From Alphaproteobacteria bacterium (lineage in GTDB: Bacteria > Pseudomonadota > Alphaproteobacteria > SHVV01): 64,000 nt of DNA. This document shows, piece by piece, positions 10,326 to 19,862 of this stretch. The first letter of the stretch is position 1; every line of letters begins with the position of its first letter. A program made the translations under genes and the position numbers. The DNA lies in assembly GCA_965261735.1 (NCBI GenBank), contig OZ253470.1, forward strand, positions 2,176,001-2,240,000. The letters are read 5' to 3'. Below the pieces are notes generated by a model, which was given only the letters and a program-made list of their open reading frames with translations, was not told the DNA's origin and did not search any database.

Positions 10326-11411
10326 CTAGATCGACGGGCCCTTGTCGCGCACCAGCGGGAGGGTCGAGCAGATCGGGCCGCGGCCGGCGATGCGGCCGCC
10401 CTCGAAGCCCATCTCGAAAACCTCGATGCCGCGCTTCTCGATCTGCTCGCGCGTCTTCGGGTTGCCTGCGGTCACGATCACCTTGCCGGGTTCGGTCGCG
10501 AGCAGGTTGCAGGCATAGTTCTGGCACTCGTCGAGCGGGACCTCGATCAAGTCGAGGTCCTTCTTCTTGAGGTAGCGCAACGTGTCGTAGCCGAGCCCGG
10601 CCGGGTAGACCACACCGAGCCCCTCGGCGACCATGCTGAAGACCATGTCGAGGTGGTAGAAGCCGCCGGCGCCCCCCGCGCGCTGGCTCCAGTTGTTCAA
10701 ATAGCCGGGCAGGTGGGCGACGTGGATTTCCTCGACCCCAGCCATGCGCAGGATCGGCTCGACCTCCGCGATCCCCTCCATGCTGGTGCGCAGCCCGCAG
10801 CCGATCATGACGTGCGTCTCGTCGAGCCAGACGACGTTGCCGGCCTCGAAGACCGAGCCCGGGCCATGGACCATGTAGAGAATCGGGCAGCCGATCTCCA
10901 TCAGCCGCTGCGCGTGCACCTTCTCGAGCCCACGCTTGGACGCTATGCCGGGGCGGCCGACGAGCGCGCCGCCGTTGAGGATGACGGGCTCGCGTGGGCC
11001 ATCAAGCGCGATCAGCTCGGTGTAAGTGCCGCGCACCGATTCGGGCGCGTTGAGCGAGACGACCTCGATCCCCTCGCGCTCCAGGATCGCCACAAGCGAC
11101 TCGTAGTTGCGGATCATCGCGCCGAGGTCGGGCAGCCCCGCCGGCCAGCCGAAGAAGGCGGGGTCCTCCGCGACGACGGGTGCCTGAATGGCACCCGAGG
11201 TGGGCTTTTGGACCATGACGGCGCGCAGGCGCCCGAGCTCGCTTTGCGCACCCCAGCGCCGCCCCCAGGTCGCCTCGAGCTCGTCCATGTAGTCGATGTC
11301 GAACAGGGGCTGCGGCGGCTTGCCCTTCTCGTAGAGCGGAATGCGGGCGAGCTCGTCCGCGGGCGAGAGGCGCGCTTCCCGGGCGACGGGCTCGATGGCT
11401 TCAACACTCAT
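10326..11411 (-). CDS. Pentein (amidinotransferase/arginine deiminase/DDAH-like) paralog 1
   Basis: SELGRLRAVMV, GPRE, FEAGN, LRTS, FYHLDM, YACN, GRGPICSTLPL with catalytic-type Cys. Confidence 0.88.
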   Translation of the reverse strand: MSVEAIEPVAREARLSPADELARIPLYEKGKPPQPLFDIDYMDELEATWGRRWGAQSELGRLRAVMVQKPTSGAIQAPVVAEDPAFFGWPAGLPDLGAMIRNYESLVAILEREGIEVVSLNAPESVRGTYTELIALDGPREPVILNGGALVGRPGIASKRGLEKVHAQRLMEIGCPILYMVHGPGSVFEAGNVVWLDETHVMIGCGLRTSMEGIAEVEPILRMAGVEEIHVAHLPGYLNNWSQRAGGAGGFYHLDMVFSMVAEGLGVVYPAGLGYDTLRYLKKKDLDLIEVPLDECQNYACNLLATEPGKVIVTAGNPKTREQIEKRGIEVFEMGFEGGRIAGRGPICSTLPLVRDKGPSI

Positions 11412-11437
11412 GGTCGTACTCCTTCGACTCGCGGCGC

Positions 11438-12535
11438 TCAGAGGGTCGGTCCGCTGTCGCGGATCAGCGGCAGGATCGAGCAATCCGGCCCGCGGCCGCT
11501 CACCTCGCCGCCCTCGAAGCTCATCTCGATCACCTCGATGCCGCGCTTCTCCAGCTGCTCGCGGGTGCGGTGGTTGCCGGGCGTCGCGATGATGCGGCCG
11601 GGGCGAATCGGGGTGACGTTGCAGGCGTAGTTCTGCGCCTCCTCGATCGGCACCTCGATGAGGTCGACGTTCATCTTCTTGAGGTAACGGATGGTGTCGT
11701 AGCCCACGCCCGCCGGGTAGATGACCGCGACTCCCTCATCGACCATGTTGAACACCATGTCGAGGTGGTAGAAGCCGCCCGGGCCGCCGGCGCGCTCGGT
11801 CTGGAAGTTGAGGTAGCCCGGCAGATGCGCGACGTGGAACTCCTCGATGCCGACCGAGCGCAGGACGGGGATGACCTCCTCGATGCCTTCCAAGCTGGTG
11901 CGCACGCTGCAGCCCAGGATGACGTGCGTCTCGTCGAGGAAGATCAGGTTGCCGCCGCCCTCGAAGGCCGAACCCTTGCCGTGCACCGTGTAGAGGATGG
12001 GGCAGCCGATCTCCATCAGGCGCTGCGCGATAATCTTGTTGATGTCGCGCTTGGACGCGATGGCGGTGCGGCCGATGAGCGCGCCGCCATTGAGGATGAT
12101 CGCCTCGTGCGGCGCATCGTGGCCGATGAGCTCGCTCGTATAGACGCCGGGGAGCGATTCGGGCGCGTTGAGGTAGAAGACCTCGACCCCTTCGTCGGCG
12201 AAGATCTTGACCAGCGACTCGTGGTTCTTGCGCATCGAGTCGATGTTGGGCAGGCCCTTGGGCCAGCCGAAATAGATCGGGTCCTCCCTGACGATCGGCG
12301 AGTCGACCTGGCCCCACGTCGGCGGCTGCAGCATAACAGCGCGGAGCTGGCCGATCTGGGTCTGGGCGCCCCACTTGCGGCCCCACGTCGCCTCGAGCTC
12401 GTCGAGGTAGTCGATGTCGAACAGCGGCTGCGGCGGTTTACCCTTCTCATAGTGCGGAATGCGGGCGAGCTCGTCCGCGGGCGACAGCCGGGCGGTGCCC
12501 GACGCCTTGGTTCTCGGCTTCTCGTCGATCGTCAT
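11438..12535 (-). CDS. Pentein paralog 2
   Basis: APHE, FEGGGN, VRTS, FYHLDM, GRGPDCSILPL. Confidence 0.88.
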   Translation of the reverse strand: MTIDEKPRTKASGTARLSPADELARIPHYEKGKPPQPLFDIDYLDELEATWGRKWGAQTQIGQLRAVMLQPPTWGQVDSPIVREDPIYFGWPKGLPNIDSMRKNHESLVKIFADEGVEVFYLNAPESLPGVYTSELIGHDAPHEAIILNGGALIGRTAIASKRDINKIIAQRLMEIGCPILYTVHGKGSAFEGGGNLIFLDETHVILGCSVRTSLEGIEEVIPVLRSVGIEEFHVAHLPGYLNFQTERAGGPGGFYHLDMVFNMVDEGVAVIYPAGVGYDTIRYLKKMNVDLIEVPIEEAQNYACNVTPIRPGRIIATPGNHRTREQLEKRGIEVIEMSFEGGEVSGRGPDCSILPLIRDSGPTL

Positions 12536-12571
12536 GGGGTTCTCCGCCGTGATGGGGTGGGACGCGAGCGA

Positions 12572-12598
12572 TTAGATAGAAGGTCCGCGGTCGCGCAC
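12572..12598 (-). repeat. Orphan duplicate of a pentein gene 3' end (VRDRGPSI*)
   Basis: Minus strand GTG CGC GAC CGC GGA CCT TCT ATC TAA, 2 bp downstream of the paralog 3 end GTC CGC GAC CGC GGA CCT TCG ATT TAA. Confidence 0.85.
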
Positions 12599-12600
12599 GC

Positions 12601-13689
12601 TTAAATCGAAGGTCCGCGGTCGCGGACCAGGGGTAGCGTCTTGCACACGGGCCCGCGGCCGCTCACGCGCCCGCCCTCGAACGCGACCTCGTGGACGTTA
12701 AGGCCGCGCTTCTCCAGTGCCGCGCGCGTGAGCGGATTGCCCTCGGTGAGGACGACCTCGCCGGGCTCGATCACCAAGAGATTGCAGGCGTAGTTCTGCA
12801 CCTCCTCGAGCGGCACCTCGATGAGGTCGAGGTCCTTCTTCTTGAGGTAACGGATGGTGTCGTAGCCGACTCCGGCGGGGTAGATGACGGCTAGTCCCTC
12901 GCCCGCCATGCCGAACACCATGTCGAGGTGGTAGAAGCCGCCGGGCCCGCCGGCACGCTCGGACTGCACATTGAGGTAGCCCGGCATGTGGGCGATGTGG
13001 ATCTCCTCGACGCCCGCCATGCGCAGCACGGGCTCGACCTCGCGGATGCCCTCCATGCCGGTGCGCACGCCGCAGCCGATCATGGCGTGGCGCTCGTCGA
13101 GCCACACGAGGTTGCCGGGTTCGAACAGCGAGCCCCTCACCATGTGGAGGATGGGGCAGCCGATCTCCATCAGGCGCTGGGCGATAAGCCTCTCGAGCCC
13201 GCGCTTGGACGCCGTCGCCGGCCGGCCGACGAGGGCGCCGCCGTTCAGCACCGTCGCCTCGCGGGTGCCGTCGATGCCGGTGAGCTCGGTATAGGCGCCC
13301 TTGATCGTCTCCGGCGAGTTCAGGTAGACGAGCTCGACGCCCGCGCCCTCGAGAATCGCCATCAGCGACTCGTGGTTGCGCATCATCGCGTCGAGATTGG
13401 CGAGCCCCTTGGGGAAGATGAAGAAGCCGGGGTCTTCCTTGATCACCGGCGAGGCGACCTGGCCCCAGGTCGGCGGCTGGACGAGAACGCTGCGCAGCTT
13501 GCCAAGCTCGGTCTGGGCGCCCCAGCGACGGCCCCATGTCGCCTCGAGCTCATCCATATAGTCGATGTCGAAGAGCGGCTGCGGCGGTTTGCCCTTTTCA
13601 TAAAGCGGGATGCGGGCGAGCTCGTCGGCGGGCGACAGCCGGGCTTTACCCGATTGCTTCGCCTTGGGCTCCTTCTCGTCGATGGTCAT
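12601..13689 (-). CDS. Pentein paralog 3
   Basis: GTRE, FEPGN, VRTG, FYHLDM, GRGPVCKTLPL. Confidence 0.88.
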   Translation of the reverse strand: MTIDEKEPKAKQSGKARLSPADELARIPLYEKGKPPQPLFDIDYMDELEATWGRRWGAQTELGKLRSVLVQPPTWGQVASPVIKEDPGFFIFPKGLANLDAMMRNHESLMAILEGAGVELVYLNSPETIKGAYTELTGIDGTREATVLNGGALVGRPATASKRGLERLIAQRLMEIGCPILHMVRGSLFEPGNLVWLDERHAMIGCGVRTGMEGIREVEPVLRMAGVEEIHIAHMPGYLNVQSERAGGPGGFYHLDMVFGMAGEGLAVIYPAGVGYDTIRYLKKKDLDLIEVPLEEVQNYACNLLVIEPGEVVLTEGNPLTRAALEKRGLNVHEVAFEGGRVSGRGPVCKTLPLVRDRGPSI

Positions 13690-13702
13690 GGTGCCCTCCG
13701 GT

Positions 13703-14791
13703 TCAGATCGACGGCCCCCTGTCGCGGACCAAGGGGAGCGTCGAGCAGGCGGGCCCGCGGCCGCTCACGTTGCCGCCCTCGAAGGCCATCTCCAGCACCT
13801 CGATGCCGCGCTTCTCGAGCCTCTCCCGGGTGCGCGGGCAACCCGCCGTCATGATGATGCGCCCGGGCCGAATGGCGCACACGTTGCACGCATAATTCTG
13901 CACCTCCTCGAGCGGCACCTCGATGAGCTCGATGTTCTTCTTCTGCAGGTAGCGGATCGTCTCGTAGCCGACGCCGGCCGGGTAGATCAGCGCCAGGCCC
14001 TCGGCCACCATGTTGAACACCATGTCGAGGTGATAGAAGCCGCCGGGACCGCCGGCGCGCTCGGTCTGGAAGTTCAAATAGCCGGGTAGCTGGGCGACGT
14101 GGAACTCCTCGACGCCGACCGAGCGGTAAATCGGAATGACCTCGTCGATGCCCTCCTGGCTCACGCGCACGCTGGTCGCCAGCATGACGTGCGTCTCGTC
14201 GAGCCACACCAGGTTGCCGCCGCTCTCGATGCCGGAGCCCTTGCCGTGCACGGTGTAGAGAATGGGGCAGCCGATTTCCATCAGCCGTTGGGCGAACAGC
14301 TTGTTGATGTCGCGCTTCGACGCAATGGCGGTGCGGCCGATAAGGGCGCCGCCGTCGAGGATGATGACCTCGCGCGGGGCGTCGTAGCCGATCAGCTCGG
14401 TATAGACGCCGCGCATCGAGTCGGGGGCGTTGGCGTCCACCACCTCGACACCCTCGTCCTCGAGGATCTTGACCAGCGACGCGTGATTGCGGTGCATGGC
14501 GTCGAGGTCGGGCAGGCCCTTGGGCAGGCTGAAGAAGACCGGGTCCTCCTTGACCACCGGCGAGGCCACCTGGCCCCAGGTGGTGCGCTGCACCATGACG
14601 CTACGCAATTGCCCGAGCTCGGTCTGCGCCCCCCAGCGCCGCCCCCAGGTCGCCTCGAGCTCGTCCATGTAGTCGATGTCGAACAGCGGCTGCGGCGGCT
14701 TGCCCTTCTCGTAGAGTGGGATGCGCGCGAGCTCTTCCGCGGGCGAGGGGCGCGCGCCCTCCTTCTCCCGCTTCTCACCCTTGGCCGTCAT
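13703..14791 (-). CDS. Pentein paralog 4
   Basis: APRE, IESGGN, VRVS, FYHLDM, GRGPACSTLPL. Confidence 0.88.
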   Translation of the reverse strand: MTAKGEKREKEGARPSPAEELARIPLYEKGKPPQPLFDIDYMDELEATWGRRWGAQTELGQLRSVMVQRTTWGQVASPVVKEDPVFFSLPKGLPDLDAMHRNHASLVKILEDEGVEVVDANAPDSMRGVYTELIGYDAPREVIILDGGALIGRTAIASKRDINKLFAQRLMEIGCPILYTVHGKGSGIESGGNLVWLDETHVMLATSVRVSQEGIDEVIPIYRSVGVEEFHVAQLPGYLNFQTERAGGPGGFYHLDMVFNMVAEGLALIYPAGVGYETIRYLQKKNIELIEVPLEEVQNYACNVCAIRPGRIIMTAGCPRTRERLEKRGIEVLEMAFEGGNVSGRGPACSTLPLVRDRGPSI

Positions 14792-14822
14792 AATCGGCCT
14801 CCCTTCGATGGCCCCGCATCCG

Positions 14823-15953
14823 TCAGATGGAGGGCCCCTTGTCGCGTATCAGGGGGAGCGTGGAGCAGGCCGGCCCGCGGCCACTCACCTTACCGCCCTC
14901 GAAGCTCATCTCCACCGTCTCGATGCCGCGCTTCTCCAACTGCTCGCGCGTGCGAGGATTGCCCGCCGTCACGATCAAGCGGCCCGGCCGCAGGGCGAGC
15001 ACGTTGCAGGCGTAGTTCTGCATCTCCTCGTAGGGCACCTCGATGAGGTCGAGGCCCTTCTTCTTGAGGTAGCGGACGGTGTCGTAGCCGACGCCCGCGG
15101 GATAGATCAGCGCCACCCCCTCGGCCGCCATGTTGAACACCATGTCGAGGTGGTAGAACCCACCAGGCCCGCCGGCGCGCTCGGTCCAATGGTTGAGGTA
15201 GCCCGGCAGGTGGGCGACGTGAATCTCCTCGACCCCGACCGAGTTCAGGATCGGGCTGATCTCCTCGATTCCTTCCATGCTGGTGCGAATGCTGGCGCCC
15301 AGCATGACGTGGGTTTCGTCGAGCCAGATCAGGTTGCCGCCGCCCTCGAAGGCGGAGCCCTTGCCGTGCATCGTGTACAGGATGGGGCAGCCGATCTCCA
15401 TCAGGCGCTGGGCCAGGATGCGCTCGATGCCACGCTTGGCGGCGACGGCGGGCCGGCCGATGAGCGCCCCACCGTTGGCGACCACGACTTCGCGCGGTCC
15501 GTCGTAGCCGTAAAGCACGGTGTAGGCGCCGCGCGCGAATTCCGGCGCGTTGAGGTAGATGACCTCGACCCCCTCCGCCTTCATCAGGTTGACGAGCGAT
15601 TCGTGGTTGCGCAGCATCGCGGCCATGTCGGGCAGGCCCTTGGGCCAGCCGAAGTAGATCGGGTCTTCAAGCACCACCGGGGACTCGACCGGGCCGCGCG
15701 TGATGGGCTGAACCATGACGCTGCGCAGGCGCCCGAGCTCGGTCTGGGCGCCCCACTTGCGCCCCCAGGTCGCCTCGAGCTCGTCCATATAGTCGATGTC
15801 GAACAGGGGCTGCGGCGGCTTGCCCTTCTCGTAGAGCGGGATGCGCGCGAGCTCCTCGGCCGGCGAGAGGCGTTTGGCCGTGGACTTGGATTTGGGTTCG
15901 GATTTGGGCTTGGACTTCGACCTGGCGGCTTGGCTTACGTCTTCGATAGCCAT
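14823..15953 (-). CDS. Pentein paralog 5 (Lys/Ser-rich N-terminal extension)
   Basis: SKSKPKSEPKSKSTAK leader; GPRE, FEGGGN, IRTS, FYHLDM, GRGPACSTLPL. Confidence 0.88.
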   Translation of the reverse strand: MAIEDVSQAARSKSKPKSEPKSKSTAKRLSPAEELARIPLYEKGKPPQPLFDIDYMDELEATWGRKWGAQTELGRLRSVMVQPITRGPVESPVVLEDPIYFGWPKGLPDMAAMLRNHESLVNLMKAEGVEVIYLNAPEFARGAYTVLYGYDGPREVVVANGGALIGRPAVAAKRGIERILAQRLMEIGCPILYTMHGKGSAFEGGGNLIWLDETHVMLGASIRTSMEGIEEISPILNSVGVEEIHVAHLPGYLNHWTERAGGPGGFYHLDMVFNMAAEGVALIYPAGVGYDTVRYLKKKGLDLIEVPYEEMQNYACNVLALRPGRLIVTAGNPRTREQLEKRGIETVEMSFEGGKVSGRGPACSTLPLIRDKGPSI

Positions 15954-16083
15954 CGCACTTCTCCCTCACTGCGGCCGGCGCGGTGCCACGGGGGCCCGTC
16001 GCCGATCCCGCGCATCGTCTTGGTCTACAGCGTCGGGGGTGAGGCCCGCGCCTCCTTCGGCGCCACCTCACCCCCCAGGACAG

Positions 16084-17097
16084 CTACATCATACCGAGGT
16101 CTTTGATGACTTCGTCGACGAGCGAGCGATCGACGATCTCCTCATACGTGATCGGCCGCGAGATCGCGCCGAGGCTGTGGTAGGTCTTGGACGAGAACTC
16201 CGTCACCTCGCGCCCGAGCCCACCATTGGTGCCCCAGACCCCCTGATCGTTGAGGGAGGGGATGATCTGTTTGATCAGAGCCATGTCGACGGTGGGTGTC
16301 CGATTCTTCATGATTTCCGCGGCTTTGTCGGGGTCCTTCTGGATCAGCCGCACGCCCTCGATTCCGCCTCTGACGAAGATCTTGAGAGACTTGCGAAGGG
16401 CGGGATCGGCGACACTCTTCTTGGTCGCGACCGAGTAGAGGTACCCGAGGCCGGGGAACTCCTTGGCGATCGAGGCGACCTCGATCAAACCCTGCTGCAT
16501 GCCGATGGCCGTGAAGAAGGTGTCGACCATCGTCACCTCGACCTTCTTCGCCACCACCGCCTGCATGCGCGAGCTCATGCCACCGACGGACAGGAACGTG
16601 GCGTCCCTCGGATCGAGCCCGTACTTACGCATGACCATCTTGGGGATTTCGGCCGACATGCCGCCGGTGCTGAACGAGGCCCATTTCTTGTCGCCCAGGT
16701 CCTTGATCGAGCTGCCGACCTCGGGCCGGGTGATGACGTGGTAATCGGTGACCGGCTGCCATGACGAGATAACCGTGACCGGCGCGCCCTTGATAATTCC
16801 GTTCATCACTGTGTTGGGGCCGAGGACCGTGACATCGGCGTCGCCCGCAATCAGGACGCGCAGGGAGTTGGCGTCACCGGTGACGACCTTCTCCTCGACC
16901 TCCAAACCCCACTCCTTGTACCAGCCGAGGTCCTGGGCAACGAAGAACGGAAGCAGGTACGTCGCCGGGCCCGTCGGCATGACAAAGCGGAGCTTGTCGG
17001 CGGCGGCCGCTGGTCCGGCGCCGGCCACCACCATCATCACGGCGGCGAGGGCGAGGCCCGCCACGAGTCGAGTCGCAAAGCTTCTCAGACGTGTCAT
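16084..17097 (-). CDS. ABC transporter substrate-binding protein, NMT1/THI5/SsuA/TauA-like
   Basis: Signal peptide; LPFFVAQDLGWYKEWGLEVE, LIAGDADV, SIKDLGDK, EEIVDRSLVDEV. Confidence 0.88.
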   Translation of the reverse strand: MTRLRSFATRLVAGLALAAVMMVVAGAGPAAAADKLRFVMPTGPATYLLPFFVAQDLGWYKEWGLEVEEKVVTGDANSLRVLIAGDADVTVLGPNTVMNGIIKGAPVTVISSWQPVTDYHVITRPEVGSSIKDLGDKKWASFSTGGMSAEIPKMVMRKYGLDPRDATFLSVGGMSSRMQAVVAKKVEVTMVDTFFTAIGMQQGLIEVASIAKEFPGLGYLYSVATKKSVADPALRKSLKIFVRGGIEGVRLIQKDPDKAAEIMKNRTPTVDMALIKQIIPSLNDQGVWGTNGGLGREVTEFSSKTYHSLGAISRPITYEEIVDRSLVDEVIKDLGMM

Positions 17098-17269
17098 TAA
17101 GAGTCCTCCCGTTAGGCTCGTTCGGCCGGCGGCCGATGCGCCATTTCTAATTGTGCGTCGCCGCGTTCTCGTGGCGGCGCCAAAACCGTCATCTCGGACA
17201 CAGTGAGCGGATGATCAGTTGGTCAACCTTACCCGCATTGCAACCCGGCGTCACCCCGCCGCGCTGGCC

Positions 17270-18517
17270 TCAGGAGAGAAACGCCTCCTCGAAGGGAAAC
17301 TTGGTCAGGATCTCGACGCCCCCCTCGGTGACCAGGACCTGTTCCTCGAGCTTGACGCCCTCGCGCCCGCCCTCGGCGCCGATATAGCTCTCGATGCACA
17401 GGACCATGTTCTCCTCGATAAGCCCGTCGTACCCGGACGCGTCCCAGTCCTGCAGGTGATAGATCGCGGGATACTCGTCGCACATGCCGACCCCGTGGGC
17501 GACGACCGAATAGCGGTTGGCCTCATATCCCTTCGGGTAGGTCCACGCCTTGTCCGCGACCTCGCGAAAGCTCGTGCCGGGCTTGATCAGCGCCAGGTTG
17601 TGGGCGAGCTCGTCCAAAGCCAGCTTGTAGAGGTCGCGCTGTGCCGTGCTCGGCTTGCCGGGGCCGCAGTAGAAGGTGCGCGAGACGTCGGCGCAGTAGC
17701 CGAACGGCCCGATCATGTCGGTATCGAACGCGACGAGCTCACCGGCGCGTATGACCCGGTCGCTGCATTCCTGCTGCCACGGGTTGGTGCGGTCGCCGGA
17801 CGCGAACAGGCGGCCGTCGATCCAGTCGCCGCCCATGGCGATGTTGGTCTGATGCAGGAGCGCCCATAGCTCGTTCTCGGTCACGCCCGGCCTCAGGGCC
17901 TCGCGCATGCGGGCGATGCCCACTTCGGCGGCTGCGATGGAGAAGTTCATGCACAGGATTTCCTCCGCCGACTTGATGGCGCGCGCATGCTCGAGCGGCT
18001 CCTGGGCGTCGACCATCTCGAGGCCGCGCTCGGCGAGCAGGGCTGGCGTCCTGAGGTCGTGGCGGTCGACGGCGAGGCGCCGGTTGCCGCCGCAGTGGCT
18101 CGCCACCAGCTCGGCGACCGTATCGGCCCAACGGCCGAGCAGCTCTTCGACCCGTGGTCCGGCGAAAAAGAAGTTGAGCGGCAGCGAGGGGCGGAACTCG
18201 GCGATGGTTTCGTTCTGCTTGGACGCCTGCCGCTCGGGATGCGAATCGAAGACGAAGACCGGTCCCTCGGCCGGAACGAACGCGTAGCGGCCGAGCATGT
18301 GGAGCTGGAACACGGGGTGATTGCGGGCGCCCGTCGCATAGCGGACGTTGACCGGATCGAACAGGACACAGGCGCCGTAGTCGCGCGCTATAAGCTGCTC
18401 GCGCACGCGCGCCAGCCGGTGGGCGCGCAGCGCCACCATGTCGATCCCGGCCTCGATATCGGATGCGCGATTGATCGGAGTCGTCGCCGCGGCGCGGAGG
18501 ATGTCGGCTTCGGGCAT
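17270..18517 (-). CDS. M24 family metallo-enzyme (Xaa-Pro peptidase / DddP-like)
   Basis: LFDPVNVRYATG, FDTDMIGPFGYCADVSRT, HGVGMCDEYP, CIESYIG, GVKLEEQVLVT (D/D/D/H/E/E metal ligands). Confidence 0.88.
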   Translation of the reverse strand: MPEADILRAAATTPINRASDIEAGIDMVALRAHRLARVREQLIARDYGACVLFDPVNVRYATGARNHPVFQLHMLGRYAFVPAEGPVFVFDSHPERQASKQNETIAEFRPSLPLNFFFAGPRVEELLGRWADTVAELVASHCGGNRRLAVDRHDLRTPALLAERGLEMVDAQEPLEHARAIKSAEEILCMNFSIAAAEVGIARMREALRPGVTENELWALLHQTNIAMGGDWIDGRLFASGDRTNPWQQECSDRVIRAGELVAFDTDMIGPFGYCADVSRTFYCGPGKPSTAQRDLYKLALDELAHNLALIKPGTSFREVADKAWTYPKGYEANRYSVVAHGVGMCDEYPAIYHLQDWDASGYDGLIEENMVLCIESYIGAEGGREGVKLEEQVLVTEGGVEILTKFPFEEAFLS

Positions 18518-18698
18518 GGCGTGCCTCCCTGGCGTGCGTTGCCGTTGTCGGATGCGGGGGTCGCTTCCGAGGTGTCTCGCCTTATCGCACATTTCCCGGC
18601 GCGCGGCGTGCACCGGAGCGCGGACCGCAGGAATCGCCTTTTTCGCGGCCCCGTACCGACATAGGATGAGGAAAAGGTAGTGGAGGAAGGACAAACCC

Positions 18699-19784
18699 AT
18701 GACGACGACAGAGGTCAGGCTGGCGCGGCGCGAGGACGAGCTGTCCCCCGCGCAGGAACTCGAGCGCATTCCGCTCTACGAGAAGGGCAAGCCGCCGCAA
18801 CCGCTCTTCGATATCGACTATATGGACGAGCTCGAGGCGACGTGGGGCCGCAAGTGGGGCGCCCAGACGGAGCTCGGACAGCTTCGCGCGGTCATGATGC
18901 AGCCGCCGACGATGGGGCAGACCGACACGCCCCTGTACCGCGAGGATCCGGTCTACTTCATGTGGCCCAAGGGCGTGCCCGACTTCGAGGCGATGAAGCG
19001 CAACCACCAGTCGCTGGCCGATCTCCTCAAGGGCGAGGGTGTCGAAATCGTCTACCTCAACGCGCCCGATGCCGTGCGCGGTACCTACACCTTCATCAAG
19101 GGCTACGATGCACCGCGCGAGCCGGTGATCCTGAACGGCGGCGCGCTCGTCTGCCGCAACGCCATCGGGCCGCAGCGCGGCATCAACAAGCTCATCGCGA
19201 CCCGCCTGATGGAGATCGGCTGCCCCATCCTGTACATGGCCCACGGCAAGGGTTCGTCGATCACCGGCGGCAATTTCGTCTGGCTCGACGAGCGTCACGT
19301 GATGATCGGGTGCAGCGTGCACACGAGCATGGAAGGCATCGAGGAGGTCACGCCAATCCTGCACAGGGCGGGCGTCGAGGAGATTCACGTGGCGCACATG
19401 CCGGGTTATCTCAACCAGATGACCGAGCGCGCCGGGGGTGCCGGGGGCTTCTACCACCTCGACATGATCTTCCAGATGGTCGACCAGGGCGTGGCCGTGA
19501 TCTACCCGGCGGGCGTCGGCTACGACACCATCCGCTACCTCAAGAAGCGGAACATCGATCTCATCGAGATTCCGCTCGAGGAGGTGCAGAACTATGCCTG
19601 CAACCTGCTGCCGATCCGGCCCGGGCGCGTGGTGCTGACCGCCGGCAACCCGCGCACCCGCGAGGCGCTGGAGAAGCGCGGAGTCGAGGTTCTCGAGATG
19701 ACGTTCGACGGCGGCCGCCTGAGCGGCCGTGGACCCGTGTGCTCGACCTTACCGCTGGTGCGTGACGTGGGTCCGTCGATCTGA
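18699..19784 (+). CDS. Pentein paralog 6 (divergent operon)
   Basis: Same N-terminal arm; APRE, ITGGN (no Glu), VHTS (no Arg), FYHLDM, GRGPVCSTLPL. Confidence 0.88.
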   Translation: MTTTEVRLARREDELSPAQELERIPLYEKGKPPQPLFDIDYMDELEATWGRKWGAQTELGQLRAVMMQPPTMGQTDTPLYREDPVYFMWPKGVPDFEAMKRNHQSLADLLKGEGVEIVYLNAPDAVRGTYTFIKGYDAPREPVILNGGALVCRNAIGPQRGINKLIATRLMEIGCPILYMAHGKGSSITGGNFVWLDERHVMIGCSVHTSMEGIEEVTPILHRAGVEEIHVAHMPGYLNQMTERAGGAGGFYHLDMIFQMVDQGVAVIYPAGVGYDTIRYLKKRNIDLIEIPLEEVQNYACNLLPIRPGRVVLTAGNPRTREALEKRGVEVLEMTFDGGRLSGRGPVCSTLPLVRDVGPSI

Positions 19785-19862
19785 AGCTCTCGCAAGGTGA
19801 GGGCGACCAAGACCGGCGCGGCCCGTTCGCTGGGCCGCGCCCCACGGGGGAGCGCTACGGCC

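Noticed and set aside
10326-15953. Tandem penteins as an assembly artefact
   Set aside because: Copies differ at many synonymous and non-synonymous sites and have unique N-termini and spacers
17270-18517. Calling the M24 gene dddP or creatinase
   Set aside because: Motifs fit the DddP-like subgroup but cannot fix the substrate; intact metal ligands argue against classical creatinase
10326-19784. Diversity-generating retroelement or shufflon producing the variants
   Set aside because: No reverse transcriptase or recombinase nearby; differences are not adenine-specific and span whole genes
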